Source: an uncultured delta proteobacterium
Lineage (GTDB): Bacteria; Myxococcota_A; Polyangia; Polyangiales; Polyangiaceae
Assembly: GCA_963696385.1 (NCBI GenBank)
Contig: CAVOKF010000007.1
Location: 1,088,001-1,152,000, forward strand
DNA: 64,000 nt
Direction: 5' to 3'
A model generated the notes under the pieces. The model made no database searches. It had not been told where the DNA came from and worked only from the letters and a program-made list of their open reading frames with translations. A program made the position numbers and the translations under genes. Shown here piece after piece: positions 1 to 10,800 of the stretch. Within the stretch, counting starts at the first letter, position 1. Each line of letters begins with the position of its first letter.

Positions 1-1413
1 GTCGCGAAACGAGCCCCCGGCGTAAACGGCATCGATCAGTGCAAATCCCTCGGCCTCGCCGCCTTGGGCGAGCACGTACTCGACCCACGCCCAACGCGCG
101 CTCGTGGCGCGAACATCCGCACGTCCGCGAAGCCCCCGGCGCAGACGCGCAAGCCGATGCTCGACGACGGGGATGCCAGCGAAGGGCTGACCGTCCAGGG
201 GCGTGTTGCGCTTCGCGCAAAATGGGGCGATTCCGAGCGCCAGCGGGAGGATTCGCGAAAGCTCCGCCGTAAACTCGACGCACTCGTCGATGTCGGCATC
301 GGTCTCGCCGGGCGTGCCGACCATCAGGTAGAGCTTGAGACGATCCATGCCGTGCTTTTTTGCGAGTTCTGCGCACTTCAAGAGATGCTTCGGACGAGCT
401 CGTCGATCGAGCCGTTCGCGCACGCGCTCGCTCGTCCCGTCCATCGCCGTCGTGAGCGTCCGATACCCGACGCGAGCGAGCGCCGCGACGAAGTCGGGGT
501 CGGCAGCAAGGCGATCGGGGCGCAACGAGGAAAGGCCGACTTCGCAACCGCGATCCGCCAGGGAGTGGACGATCGACACGATCTTGGGGTGATCGCTCAC
601 GGCCGCGCCCACCAGTCCGACGCGGTGGGCGTCTCGCGGGATCGTGTCGAGCACCACCTCGGCCGGAACGATGCGCATGCCGCCGTTGGTCGAACGGCGC
701 ATCACGCAATAGCTGCAGCCGCGCGAGCACCCCCGTTCGGTTTCGATGAGAAACATGTCCGACAGTTCGGTATTCGGGGTCCGAATGGCCGAGAACGCAG
801 GCAAAAGCGCGTCGTCCACCGCGCCCACGGGCGGGAGGACATCGTGCCGGGACGGAACGAAGACGTGGGGAATCCGGGCCAGCAAGTCGAGCTGCGCTTG
901 CCGGCTGGAAGACTGGGCCGCTCGCATGGCGTCGATCACCCGAGCCTCCGCTTCGCCGACGATGATCGCATCGACGATGCCGGCGAGCGGCAGCGGGTTC
1001 GAGAAGGTCAGCGGGCCGCCCGCGACGACGAGCGGATACGTGCCGTCTCGATCGGCCCGACGCGGCGGAATACCCGCCGCGCGGAGCATCCGCACGACGC
1101 CAGCGATCTCGAGCTCGTACGCCACGCTGAACGCAAGGACTGGAAGTTCGTCGATCGGTCGAAGCGATTCGTAGGTCAATGGGTGCTCGGTCAGGAGCGC
1201 CGCGTCGCTTTCGCACTCGTCGTCGAGAAATGCGCGCTCGCACGCCAGCCCCGGGGCCTCCATCAGCGCTCGATAGATGCGCTGATACCCGAGCGAGCTC
1301 ATCCCGACTCGATAGGGCGACGGATAACAGAGGGCGATCGTGAAGGGAGCCTGCTTGGCGATCCGGCCGGTCTCTTCGGCCAAGCGCTGGCGTATTCGCT
1401 CGCGAAGGATCAC
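1..1413 (-). CDS. Radical SAM protein, 3' end truncated by window edge
   Basis: Manual minus-strand translation from GTG at 1413 (MILRERIRQRLAEETG...YPSPYRVGMSSLG...) contains IETERGCSRGCSYC (CxxxCxxC) and LKLYLMVGTPGET. No stop before position 1, so it is absent from the ORF track. Confidence 0.88.
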   Translation of the reverse strand, partial: MILRERIRQRLAEETGRIAKQAPFTIALCYPSPYRVGMSSLGYQRIYRALMEAPGLACERAFLDDECESDAALLTEHPLTYESLRPIDELPVLAFSVAYELEIAGVVRMLRAAGIPPRRADRDGTYPLVVAGGPLTFSNPLPLAGIVDAIIVGEAEARVIDAMRAAQSSSRQAQLDLLARIPHVFVPSRHDVLPPVGAVDDALLPAFSAIRTPNTELSDMFLIETERGCSRGCSYCVMRRSTNGGMRIVPAEVVLDTIPRDAHRVGLVGAAVSDHPKIVSIVHSLADRGCEVGLSSLRPDRLAADPDFVAALARVGYRTLTTAMDGTSERVRERLDRRARPKHLLKCAELAKKHGMDRLKLYLMVGTPGETDADIDECVEFTAELSRILPLALGIAPFCAKRNTPLDGQPFAGIPVVEHRLARLRRGLRGRADVRATSARWAWVEYVLAQGGEAEGFALIDAVYAGGSFRD

Positions 1414-1470
1414 GGAAGGCAACGGACCCCCCTTCTTGACGGGTTTTCGCCCCGTGCGCAAATCGACCCG

Positions 1471-2949
1471 CTAATGGGGCGCCTGCCGAGCGCCACCCAG
1501 CATGCGTCGCCGCAACTTCGAGCCTTTCCGGCCATAGCCGAAGTACACGGCCAAGCCCACGGCCATCCACACGAATAGGCGGATGATCGTCGCGGTCGTG
1601 GCCGTGTACATGAGCAATCCGGACGTCAGCGCACCCAGAACCGGAACGACAAAGGGCCCCCCCGGCGCTTTGAAGGCGCGCGGGAGATCCGGCCGCCTGA
1701 GCCGCAAGATCATCACGCCGATGCTCACGAGAACGAACGCGAACAGAGTTCCAATGCTCGTCAGTTCGGCCAAAATATCGATCGGCAACACGCCTCCCGC
1801 AACGGCGCATACGACGCCCGTGATGATCGTCGTGACGTACGGCGTGCCAAAATGCGGATGGATCTTCGCTGCGCCCGCCGGGAACAACCCGTCATTGGCC
1901 ATGGCGAAGAAAATCCGCGGTTGGCCGAGGAGCATGACGAGCATGACGGAGGAGAGACCCGCGATCGCCCCGATCTCGACGGCCGTGGCGAGCCACAGCT
2001 GTCCGGTGGCTTCCACGCCGAGCGCGATCGGGTGCGGCACGCTGAGCCTCTTGTAGGACACGACGCCGGTCAGGATCAGCGAGACGGCGATGTACAAGAC
2101 GGTGCATACGGCGAGCGAACCGAGAATGCCGATCGGAAGATCTCTCTGCGGGTTTCGCGTCTCCTGCGCCGCCGTCGAGACGGCATCGAATCCGATGTAA
2201 GCAAAAAAAACCATCGTTGCGCCTTGCAGCACTCCGGAGGCGCCGAAGCGACCGAAAGGCCCCTCGTTGGGGGGCACGAACGGGTGCCAGTTTTCCGTGC
2301 GCACGAAGCGCGCCGCAAAGGCGATGAACAGCAGGACGACCGCAACCTTCACGACCACGATGATGGAGTTGAAGCGCGCCGATTCCCGGATCCCGCGCAC
2401 GAGGAGCGCGGTCACGGCGACAACGACGAGGACGGCGGGGACGTTGAGGTACGCGCCGGTCGCCCGAAAATGATCGCCCTGCCACACGGTGGGCGCGCGG
2501 GTCCACGCCGTCGGCAGGTCGATGCCGAACGCATCGTGAAAGAAGGCGACGACGTATCCAGACCAACCGACGCTCACCGCAGCCGCTGACACGAGATACT
2601 CCAGGATCAAGTCCCAGCCGATGATCCACGCGACGAGCTCGCCCATCGTGGCGTACGAGTACGTGTACGCACTGCCCGCGATGGGAATCATGGACGCCAT
2701 CTCCGAGTAGCAAAGGCCCGCGAAGGCGGACGCGACACCGGCGACTACGAACGACAATGCGACCGCGGGGCCCGCGTTCGCGGCGGCGGCGCGTCCGGTC
2801 AGGACGAAGATGCCCGTCCCGATGATCGCGCCGATGCCGAGGAGCACGAGATCCACGCTCGTGAGCGATCGCTTGAGACCGTGCTCGCGCGCCGCTTGCT
2901 CGCGAAGCTCGTCGATCGACTTCGTGGCAAACAGTTCGCGAATCGTCAT
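1471..2949 (-). CDS. APC-superfamily amino acid permease (cationic amino acid transporter-like)
   Basis: GIGAIIGTGIF, GSAYTYSY and FFAYIGFDAVST motifs; many hydrophobic TM segments. Confidence 0.93.
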   Translation of the reverse strand: MTIRELFATKSIDELREQAAREHGLKRSLTSVDLVLLGIGAIIGTGIFVLTGRAAAANAGPAVALSFVVAGVASAFAGLCYSEMASMIPIAGSAYTYSYATMGELVAWIIGWDLILEYLVSAAAVSVGWSGYVVAFFHDAFGIDLPTAWTRAPTVWQGDHFRATGAYLNVPAVLVVVAVTALLVRGIRESARFNSIIVVVKVAVVLLFIAFAARFVRTENWHPFVPPNEGPFGRFGASGVLQGATMVFFAYIGFDAVSTAAQETRNPQRDLPIGILGSLAVCTVLYIAVSLILTGVVSYKRLSVPHPIALGVEATGQLWLATAVEIGAIAGLSSVMLVMLLGQPRIFFAMANDGLFPAGAAKIHPHFGTPYVTTIITGVVCAVAGGVLPIDILAELTSIGTLFAFVLVSIGVMILRLRRPDLPRAFKAPGGPFVVPVLGALTSGLLMYTATTATIIRLFVWMAVGLAVYFGYGRKGSKLRRRMLGGARQAPH

Positions 2950-2958
2950 GGCCAGCTT

Positions 2959-3756
2959 CTACCGCAGCGGGACACCCTCGAATACACGAACGAACGTCCG
3001 CGGCGCGGTGCGCTTGCGCAAGCAACGGGTCGCGGCGGGCATGTACGTGGCCGTGAAGGCCCGCCGCGTGCGTCCCGACACGTTCCGACCAGACCGATGC
3101 CACAAGTGGTTGTGGATGAGCAGCACCTCGCCGGCGCGCGCTGCAAGCGAGACTTTGCGCTCGTCGGGGCGGACTCGCTCGCGAATCTCGGCCGGGATCA
3201 TTCCACCGAAGGGGCGCGAGAGACCCCCCGAGTGGCTGGCGTCGAGCACTTCGACACAGCCCGCTTCAATCGGAGCGTCGTCGAGGGCCGTCCAAATCTG
3301 CAGCTCCGGATCTCGGTCAAGCCCCCAGAAGCTGCCACCATCCTGGTGCCACGGCAGGTCGGTCCCGCCGCGCGCGCCCTTCGTGAACAACGTCGCCCGA
3401 TAGATGGACACGTCGGGTCCCACAAGGCGTCGGGCGATCCGTTCGAACAGCCCATTGGCGAGCCAGCCGCGAAAGAGCGGATCGACTTCCAGCTTCTCGA
3501 CTTTCCGGTACTCGAGGCTCGGCCCTTCCCAGCCACGGCCAAAGACGAGATCTTCGTAGCGTCCAGAGTGCGAGTCATGCTGAAAGAACAGCCTCGGGTC
3601 GATCACTCGGCCGAGCATGATGTCGTCGCAACGCGCACGGATCGTCGCGAGGAATGCATCGCTCGCCACACGTCCGACCCGGGCCCAACCGTGCTCGCGG
3701 AAATGCGCGATCACGGCGTCCAGATCGATGGAATGCGCGTTGGGGGCGAGCATCAC
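2959..3756 (-). CDS. Phytanoyl-CoA dioxygenase (PhyH) family Fe(II)/2OG oxygenase
   Basis: PWHQD (HxD), WTALDDA..EAGC, distal LWHRSGRN and RRA motifs. Confidence 0.85.
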   Translation of the reverse strand: MMLAPNAHSIDLDAVIAHFREHGWARVGRVASDAFLATIRARCDDIMLGRVIDPRLFFQHDSHSGRYEDLVFGRGWEGPSLEYRKVEKLEVDPLFRGWLANGLFERIARRLVGPDVSIYRATLFTKGARGGTDLPWHQDGGSFWGLDRDPELQIWTALDDAPIEAGCVEVLDASHSGGLSRPFGGMIPAEIRERVRPDERKVSLAARAGEVLLIHNHLWHRSGRNVSGRTRRAFTATYMPAATRCLRKRTAPRTFVRVFEGVPLR

Positions 3757-3912
3757 GGCGCGCGGTTCGCGTTGGTTGGGGTTGCGCGCCTGGCAAGAGG
3801 GCCGAGGCGTTCCGCGAGCGCCGCCTCGGTCGACAGAGCGACCCGGTTACGGTCGCACCCCGGCGATCCCGCAATCCTACGCTCGGAGTCGTGGGCGTTG
3901 TAGAAGTCTGCG

Positions 3913-4584
3913 GTGTCGAAGCGACCCGTGCCCAGCTCGAGCGCGCGCGCCTTCGTCATCGCCACCATCGTCATCGGAGCGCCGACTTTGCCATCTTTCG
4001 CGCTGTCGCACACGCTTGGACTGTCCACGGCCGATTTCACGGTCCAGCCCGATGGACGCGTGCAGGCCCGGTTCGTCTTCGCGAGTGCCGAGCCGCTGGG
4101 CGGCCTCTGGCTCGATCGGGATCGCAACGGCGTGGTGACGTCCGAGGACGTGGCTGCGGCGCGCGGCGATCTCGAAAGGTTCATCCTCGACGGAGTCGAC
4201 TTCACCGCCGACGGCGATCGCTGTCCAGCGACCTTCGAGGCAGCGTCTCTGAGCGAACTCGACGGCCTGGTGCTCACCGCGCGCTACGCGTGTCCAGACG
4301 ATGCCGACTCCGTCGAGGCGACTTTGTACTACTTGAGCGCCTTACCTCGCGGACACCGCGAGATCGCCCGCATCGTCGCCGCGAGCGCCACGGCGGAAGC
4401 CGTGATGACGGCGGACCGACGTGCTGTCCGGCTGACCTTGCCGCATTCGGTACGGCGACCGGGTCGTCGTCGCGTGCCACGGTCGTGGTTGGCCGCAGGG
4501 CTCGTCGCGGCCATAACGGCGTGGTTCGCTCGAGGCGTTTGGCACCGACGACGGGCCAAGACACACACCAGTGCCACGCCTTAA
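3913..4584 (+). CDS. Exported/membrane-anchored protein resembling the N-terminal domain of HupE/UreJ-type proteins
   Basis: Signal peptide followed by His (SHTLGLS), DRDRNGVVTSED loop, two Cys, GHRE motif, one C-terminal TM segment. Confidence 0.55.
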   Translation: MSKRPVPSSSARAFVIATIVIGAPTLPSFALSHTLGLSTADFTVQPDGRVQARFVFASAEPLGGLWLDRDRNGVVTSEDVAAARGDLERFILDGVDFTADGDRCPATFEAASLSELDGLVLTARYACPDDADSVEATLYYLSALPRGHREIARIVAASATAEAVMTADRRAVRLTLPHSVRRPGRRRVPRSWLAAGLVAAITAWFARGVWHRRRAKTHTSATP

Positions 4585-4641
4585 ACCACGAGAGCGGCAC
4601 GTGATGCAACGGCTCGCGCTGCCCTCCTGTCTCGTGAGACA

Positions 4642-5943
4642 ATGCCCACCGTGACCCATCGCAGCAAGTTAGCCATCGCCGTCGCCGGAGGTCCCGCGCC
4701 GGGAATCAACAGCGTCATTGGGGCCGCGACCATCCGCGCGTGCCTTTCGAACGTCGAGGTCCTCGGCATTACCGAGGGGTTTCGGTGGGTGATGACGGGA
4801 GACACGTCGCGCGTGGTCCCGCTCACAATCGGCGACACGAGCCGAATCCACTTCCGGGGCGGGTCCATGCTCGGAATCTCCCGCGCAAACCCGACCAAGA
4901 GGCCGGAGGCGATGCGCCACGTCCTCGAAGCCTTCGAACGGCTGGACATCGGCATGCTGGTGACGATCGGCGGCGATGACACGGCGTACACCGCATACAA
5001 GCTGGCGCAAGCGGCCGCCGGCCGGCTGCGCGTCGTTCACGTTCCAAAGACGATCGACAACGATCTCGACTTGCCGCACGACGTGTGGACGTTCGGATAC
5101 CAAACGGCTCGCGCCCTCGGCGTGGACATCGTTCACAACTTGATGGTGGACGCGAAAACGACCGGACGCTGGTACTTCGTCGTCGCCATGGGGCGCAAGG
5201 CGGGCCACCTCGCGCTGGGGATAGGCAAGGCGGCCGGCGCGACGCTCACGCTCATCCCGGAGGAATTCCGGACGCGCACCATCCGACTGAAAAACATCGT
5301 CGACATCGTCGCCGGCTGCATCGTCAAGCGGCTGGCTTACGGGCGTGAAGATGGCGTCGTGGTCCTCGCCGAAGGATTGGCCGAATTCGTTCCGCCCGAG
5401 GATATGGCGGAGATCGAAACGGCCGAGCGCGACGAACACGGTCACGTGCGGCTGGAGGAAATAAGCTTCGGAGAAGTCCTCAAGACCCGCGTCCGCGCGC
5501 GTCTTGCGGAGATGGGCATCAAGCCGACCATCGTCGCGAAAAACATCGGCTACGAAGTCCGTTCCGCGGACCCCATCCCGTTCGACCTCGAGTACACGCG
5601 CGACCTCGGATACTGCGCTGCGAAACACGTCATCGAGGGGGGTTCCAACGTGCTCGTCTCGATCCAGCAGGGTCGATTCGCGCCCGTGCCCTTCGACAGC
5701 ATCATGGACCCGCAGACCGGGCGCATGCGCGTCCGAATGGTCGACATCGACAGCGATCGGTACCGAATCGCCTATGCCTACATGCTCCGCTTGAAGAAGT
5801 CGGATCTGGAAGACGCCCAAGAGCTCGCAAAGCTCGCGGCGGCGGCCAATACGACCCCGGATCGTTTCCGCGCCGAGTTCGAATACCTGGTCGAACGCGA
5901 GCCGGTGCCGTCGATCGGACCCGGCGCAGCCGTCACCGCGTGA
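4642..5943 (+). CDS. pfp: Pyrophosphate-dependent phosphofructokinase
   Basis: GGPAPGIN, TIGGDDT (GGDD indicates PPi type), PKTIDND and MGR motifs. Confidence 0.9.
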   Translation: MPTVTHRSKLAIAVAGGPAPGINSVIGAATIRACLSNVEVLGITEGFRWVMTGDTSRVVPLTIGDTSRIHFRGGSMLGISRANPTKRPEAMRHVLEAFERLDIGMLVTIGGDDTAYTAYKLAQAAAGRLRVVHVPKTIDNDLDLPHDVWTFGYQTARALGVDIVHNLMVDAKTTGRWYFVVAMGRKAGHLALGIGKAAGATLTLIPEEFRTRTIRLKNIVDIVAGCIVKRLAYGREDGVVVLAEGLAEFVPPEDMAEIETAERDEHGHVRLEEISFGEVLKTRVRARLAEMGIKPTIVAKNIGYEVRSADPIPFDLEYTRDLGYCAAKHVIEGGSNVLVSIQQGRFAPVPFDSIMDPQTGRMRVRMVDIDSDRYRIAYAYMLRLKKSDLEDAQELAKLAAAANTTPDRFRAEFEYLVEREPVPSIGPGAAVTA

Positions 5944-5957
5944 CAGGGGGATGGACC

Positions 5958-7730
5958 CTAGGTCTTTTTGAACAGGCGCCCGAACAGTCCGGTCTTCGTC
6001 TCGTCCGTGGGTCTCGACGGGTCACTGCCTGAGCGAGGTTGCTTCGACGGACGGTCGCTCGAGGACGGTCGGCCGCCTCTCATCCGATGGAGGCGGACTT
6101 CGCGTGCGGCGTCGATGTTGCGCGGATTGAGCTCCATCACGCGCCTGAAGTCGCGCAGAGCCGCATCGGCCTTCCCGATGCGCTTGTAGATTTGTGCGCG
6201 ATAAAAGTAGGCTTTGTCGCACTTGGCGCTCATGCCAATCGCGCGGTCCAGGAGCTGGAGCGCGTCACGCGTCTTCTCGCCCGATTGATTCTCGGGTTTG
6301 AGCGCGATGAGCCAAGCCAACAGGGCCAAGTAATCGGGCTGAGTGGCGTCGGCCTCGACCGCTTTTCGGCAAAGCGCTTCGGCCTGCACGGTATCGTTGC
6401 GGCGGAAACAGACCTCGGCCTTCTGAAAGTTCGTTGCGGCTTCGACGACCTTCGCGACGATCTCCTGAGTTTCGGGCGATCCGCTCCCGTCGGCGAGTAG
6501 GCGCATATAACGGGCCCGGAGATCGTCGTCCGTCAGAGTGGCGCGGGCTTCGCTCATCCGGGAAAACACGCGTGAGCAGGCGTCGCGCACCAGCGCGAAC
6601 TCCGCTGGAAGGCGGTCGGGGTGCCACTGCTTGGCGAGCGCGAGAAACTGCGTTTCGACTTCATCGCGAGTCGCATCCCGCGCCAGATCAAGCATCGAAA
6701 AGTAGTCGGCTCGATCGATGGTGGCGGCTCGATCGACGATTTCTTTCCACCTTGCCGCGAGCTCGGGCGCCATGTCGGCGGGAATCGACGCGAACGACGG
6801 AAGCGGACGCCGAGCGGCGTCCGGGATGGCCGGCCGCGAAGTCCGGCGCATCGGCACCGGCGAAGCGACGGAGGGCCGTACGGCCGCCGGCGGCACGGAC
6901 GAAGCCGCCGCAGGGGGCGCCGGCGAAACCGCAGAGGCACTGGGCCTCGACGCCGAGGACCTCAAGACCTCGACCCTTTTGGTGACCAGCAGCAGATAGA
7001 CCAAGAGCTGGGTCTTGGCGTCGTCGAGACCGCTCATCGCCGGGAGCTCGCCGACCGGCGTCGGCTGCGCGGCGAGGAGCTCGACGGCCGCGCTGCACTC
7101 TTTGCCGATCCCGAGCCGGCCCAGATCGGCGCCCCGTACAAGCCGCAGCGACGACCCGGCGATTCGACCGAGCGCGGCGTCGACGTGACTACGCGGCGGG
7201 CGCTCCTGAAGCAACGGCCATATCATCCCGAGCGGATCGAACGGTTCACCGGCGGTAGCAGGATCGGGCCCCCAACCGCATAGACCGTCGAAAGCCTGGT
7301 AGTATGCATATGTGGTCTCGACCGAGAACGAGGCGACATAACGCAGCTTCCGTAGGAGCTGGTAGCGCAGCCCCGCTTCCAACTGAGAGGCGTCGATGAG
7401 ACCGCCCTTCAGAAGAATCTGCCCGTGAAACGCCGGGCCCGAGCTCTTCGCCGTCGTGAGTTCGGCAAGCGAAGTCGCCAGCTGTTGTTCCGTGAGAAGG
7501 CCGAGATCCAGGAGCCCGCGGCCAAGGTACGCAACAGGCTCACCCGTGCGGGCTTTCGATGGGCGACCGTGCTGGAACAGCAGTGTGGCGGTTCGACCGT
7601 CCGGCGCCGCCAGTTCGACCGTTCCCGAGAGCTCCTTCTCCAAAAAATACAGGAGCAGATGGATCAGCGGACTGCGCGCAAGCGTGCCGATCGCGGTGGG
7701 CTCGGGTCGGGTCGCAAGCTTTTCACCCAT
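5958..7730 (-). CDS. J-domain protein with N-terminal DUF4388-like region and C-terminal TPRs
   Basis: DYFSMLDL...QWHPDRL J-domain; TPR repeats (AYFYRAQIY...ALRDFRRVMELNPRN). Start moved to ATG 7730 because the ORF-track N-terminus overlaps the divergent kinase. Confidence 0.8.
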   Translation of the reverse strand: MGEKLATRPEPTAIGTLARSPLIHLLLYFLEKELSGTVELAAPDGRTATLLFQHGRPSKARTGEPVAYLGRGLLDLGLLTEQQLATSLAELTTAKSSGPAFHGQILLKGGLIDASQLEAGLRYQLLRKLRYVASFSVETTYAYYQAFDGLCGWGPDPATAGEPFDPLGMIWPLLQERPPRSHVDAALGRIAGSSLRLVRGADLGRLGIGKECSAAVELLAAQPTPVGELPAMSGLDDAKTQLLVYLLLVTKRVEVLRSSASRPSASAVSPAPPAAASSVPPAAVRPSVASPVPMRRTSRPAIPDAARRPLPSFASIPADMAPELAARWKEIVDRAATIDRADYFSMLDLARDATRDEVETQFLALAKQWHPDRLPAEFALVRDACSRVFSRMSEARATLTDDDLRARYMRLLADGSGSPETQEIVAKVVEAATNFQKAEVCFRRNDTVQAEALCRKAVEADATQPDYLALLAWLIALKPENQSGEKTRDALQLLDRAIGMSAKCDKAYFYRAQIYKRIGKADAALRDFRRVMELNPRNIDAAREVRLHRMRGGRPSSSDRPSKQPRSGSDPSRPTDETKTGLFGRLFKKT

Positions 7731-7827
7731 GGGGACGGTAACCGGACGACGGGAAGGGTAGCGTGGGGGTTTGGCTCGCGCGAGGTGGCACCCAGGATAT
7801 AAGCTTCTAACCCTCGTTGCGTTGAAG

Positions 7828-10800
7828 ATGTCGAAGACGCCGCCGGTGGCTGCCCCGCAGGAAATCGCGCAGTTCGATGTGGTGCGCCGTCTCGGCGCCG
7901 GCGGCATGGCTGAAGTCTTCCTCGCGAAGAAGCTCGGCGCCGAGGGTACGCACAAGGTCCTCGTTCTCAAGCGCATCTTGCCGGCGCACGGGAGCTCCCG
8001 GCGCTTTCGCGCCATGTTCATCGAGGAGGCCCGTCTGGCCGCACGGCTGAACCACCCGAACGTCGTACAGGTCTACGAGTTTCAGGATTTTGGCGACCAA
8101 GGACTGCTGCTCGCCATGGAGTACGTCGAAGGCTGCGACCTCGGACAGCTCATGGCCTCCGCCAAGTCCAAGGACGCGCCGATCGACCCGTGGGTCGGGG
8201 CGTGGATCATCGCCGAGGCGGCCAAGGGACTGCACTACGCCCACGAGAAGAAGGACGAGGCCGGCCAACCCCTGGACATCGTCCACCGCGACGTGAGTCC
8301 GCAGAATATCCTTCTGTCGTTCGAAGGCACGGTCAAGATCGCGGACTTCGGGATCGCGAGTGCCCGTCTGTTCGCCGAGGAGCAGGGCGTCCTCAAAGGG
8401 AAATTCGGATACATGTCGCCCGAGCAGGCCCGCGGCGAGACGGTGGACCGCCGTGGTGACGTCTATTCGCTCGGTGTGATCTTATGGGAAATCTTGGTGG
8501 GACGACCCCTTCATGGCGGACTGGGGGGAGAAGCCCTGATCGACATCGTTCGATCGGGAATCGTCGAGCCGCCGTCGACTTACGCGAACGAGATTCCAAG
8601 CGAGTTGCAGACGATTGTGTCGAAAGCACTCGCGGGACACCGCGACGCTCGTTATCGAACCGCACGTGAGATGGCCGCGGCCATCGGGACGGCGATCGTC
8701 CGCCAGGGCGAGCTGATCGACGCGGCCCAGCTCGAAGCGACGCTCACCCGGATCGTCGGACGGGCCCCGGCCGGCGAGGCACCCGATGCGCTCGGAGAGA
8801 GACCCGACGATGCGCGCACTCAGGCCGCTGTGCCGCTCGCAAGAAGCTTCGCTGAAGCCCATCCCGGCAGCCGGCGCGAGTTGGGCGCACCGGTCGAAGC
8901 ATCGTTCGGAGCGAGCGGGCGGAGACTTCCGTCGTCGGGCGCGCGACGCGAGGTTCGACATGTCGCGGTGTTGAGCTTGCGCCTTCACGGACTGGATGCC
9001 GCCGGGATGCCGCGCCGGATGCTGGATCAGCTGCGCAGCATGCTCGACAATCTGGCGTTCAAACGCGGCATGCGCTGGGGTTGGGTGAGCGGGATGGACG
9101 GGGCCATCGGGCGCGCGACCATGGCCGCATCGGCGATTTCGGGCGTCTCCTCGAACCCCTCGCGCGCGGCGAGCGACGCCGCCCAGCTCGCGCTCGATGT
9201 CCACGAGACGATTTCAGGCTTCATCGAGGATCGTCCCAACTCCGTCGCCGCCGCAATCGGAATCGTGCGAGGTGTCGCGAGTGGCGCCCGCGATGCGCAG
9301 GGGCACTTGGTTCAGTACGTTCTTCTCGAACCGGCCGCGCGACTCGCCGAGGTTCTCAGCGAGGCCGCCGCGCCCGGTCGCACATGGGTGGCCGGCGGTG
9401 TCTACCGACTCATCCGGCGCGACTTCCGCTGGGGCGACGTACCGAGCCTCGATCTGGACGACGCCCGGCCGGCGCTCTCCACGGACCTCGAGGTCCCCCA
9501 CACGATGCGTGTCTATGCCCTTGAGCGCAGCCTGTCCCGCGAGGAACGGCTGGAACTGCAAGGGGGCGCCACCGATCTGGTCGGACGCGACGCCGAAAAG
9601 GCCGACTTGCACGCCGCCTTTCACGATGCGGTGCTCAGTCGCGGAGGCGGCGGACAGCTCGTCTGCCGCGCCGTCATCGGCGAGATGGGCATCGGCAAGA
9701 CTGCCCTGGTTGCGACCTTTCTCGGGGAGCTTCCGCCGATTTCTCGCCTTCTGCATGTCGAGTGCACACCCGTCACGATGGAAGTACCGTACGCGGTGAT
9801 CGCCGAACTGGTGCGACAGGCGATCGGCACGTCGGGCGAGGAGCCGTTCGATCAGGTCGCGGCCCTCATTGCCAAGGTCGGCGGCGCGGCCTCCGGCGAG
9901 GAGTCGGTGTCCAGCCCGATGGTGGCCCGCCTCGCCGAGCTCGCGACGAATCGTCAAATGGCGGCTGGGGCCGAGGAAGATGCTCACGCGCGAAAGAAGC
10001 AGATACTGGACGGCACCCGGAGTCTGCTCGCGGCCATCGCGTTCGCCGGGCCGCTCGTGGTGCTCGTCGAGGGGATGCACTGGGCGGACAAGGCGAGCCT
10101 CGACTTGCTCGTGGACGTCGCGCACACCGGCGAGCCGTTGCCCATCTTTCTTCTCCTGGTGACGAGGCCCGAGGAACGCGTCGCTCACGTGACCCAAGAA
10201 TTGATGCGTGTCGAACTCCGAAGCCTCACCTCCGACGAGCAAGTTCGGCTCGTGGAAACGCGCCTGGGTGTGCGCGACGGGGCTCGGCAAGTGTGTGCGG
10301 ATCTACTCCCCAAGGTCGGCGGAAATCCGTTTTTCCTTCTCGAGATGGTCGACGCGCTTCTGGAGCGCGGTGCTCTCGAGATCCGCGAAGGCACCGGACC
10401 CGGCGGAGAGCGAGTCGCCCACTTGGCCCGAACGGAACGCGATGATGCAGGCTTTGCGGCTCTCCCCTCGACCCTCGAACAGCTCCTGGGAGACCGAATC
10501 CGCGAGCTGCCCGGGCCCGAGCACGTCGTGGTGGATTGGCTTGCGATAGCCGGCGGTCCCCTTCCCGTCGCGGACGTCGTCAAGCTGACCTCTCAGGAAG
10601 ACGATCGAGCGATCGTTCGGCTCTGTGCGCGGGGCGTCTGCGACCGAAAGGGGGAGCTCGTGGACTTTCGGCATCCGCTGACGCGCGAAGTGGCTTACGC
10701 CGCACTCGATCGCGACGACCGCGTCCGCATGCATCGCACGCTCGGAGAGCACCTGGCCGGAACCTCGCTCGCGCGCGGTCTTTCGGCCGCGATCGTTGCG

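Noticed and set aside
64..1578. 504-aa plus-strand ORF
   Set aside because: Antisense shadow of the radical SAM gene; no recognisable motifs.
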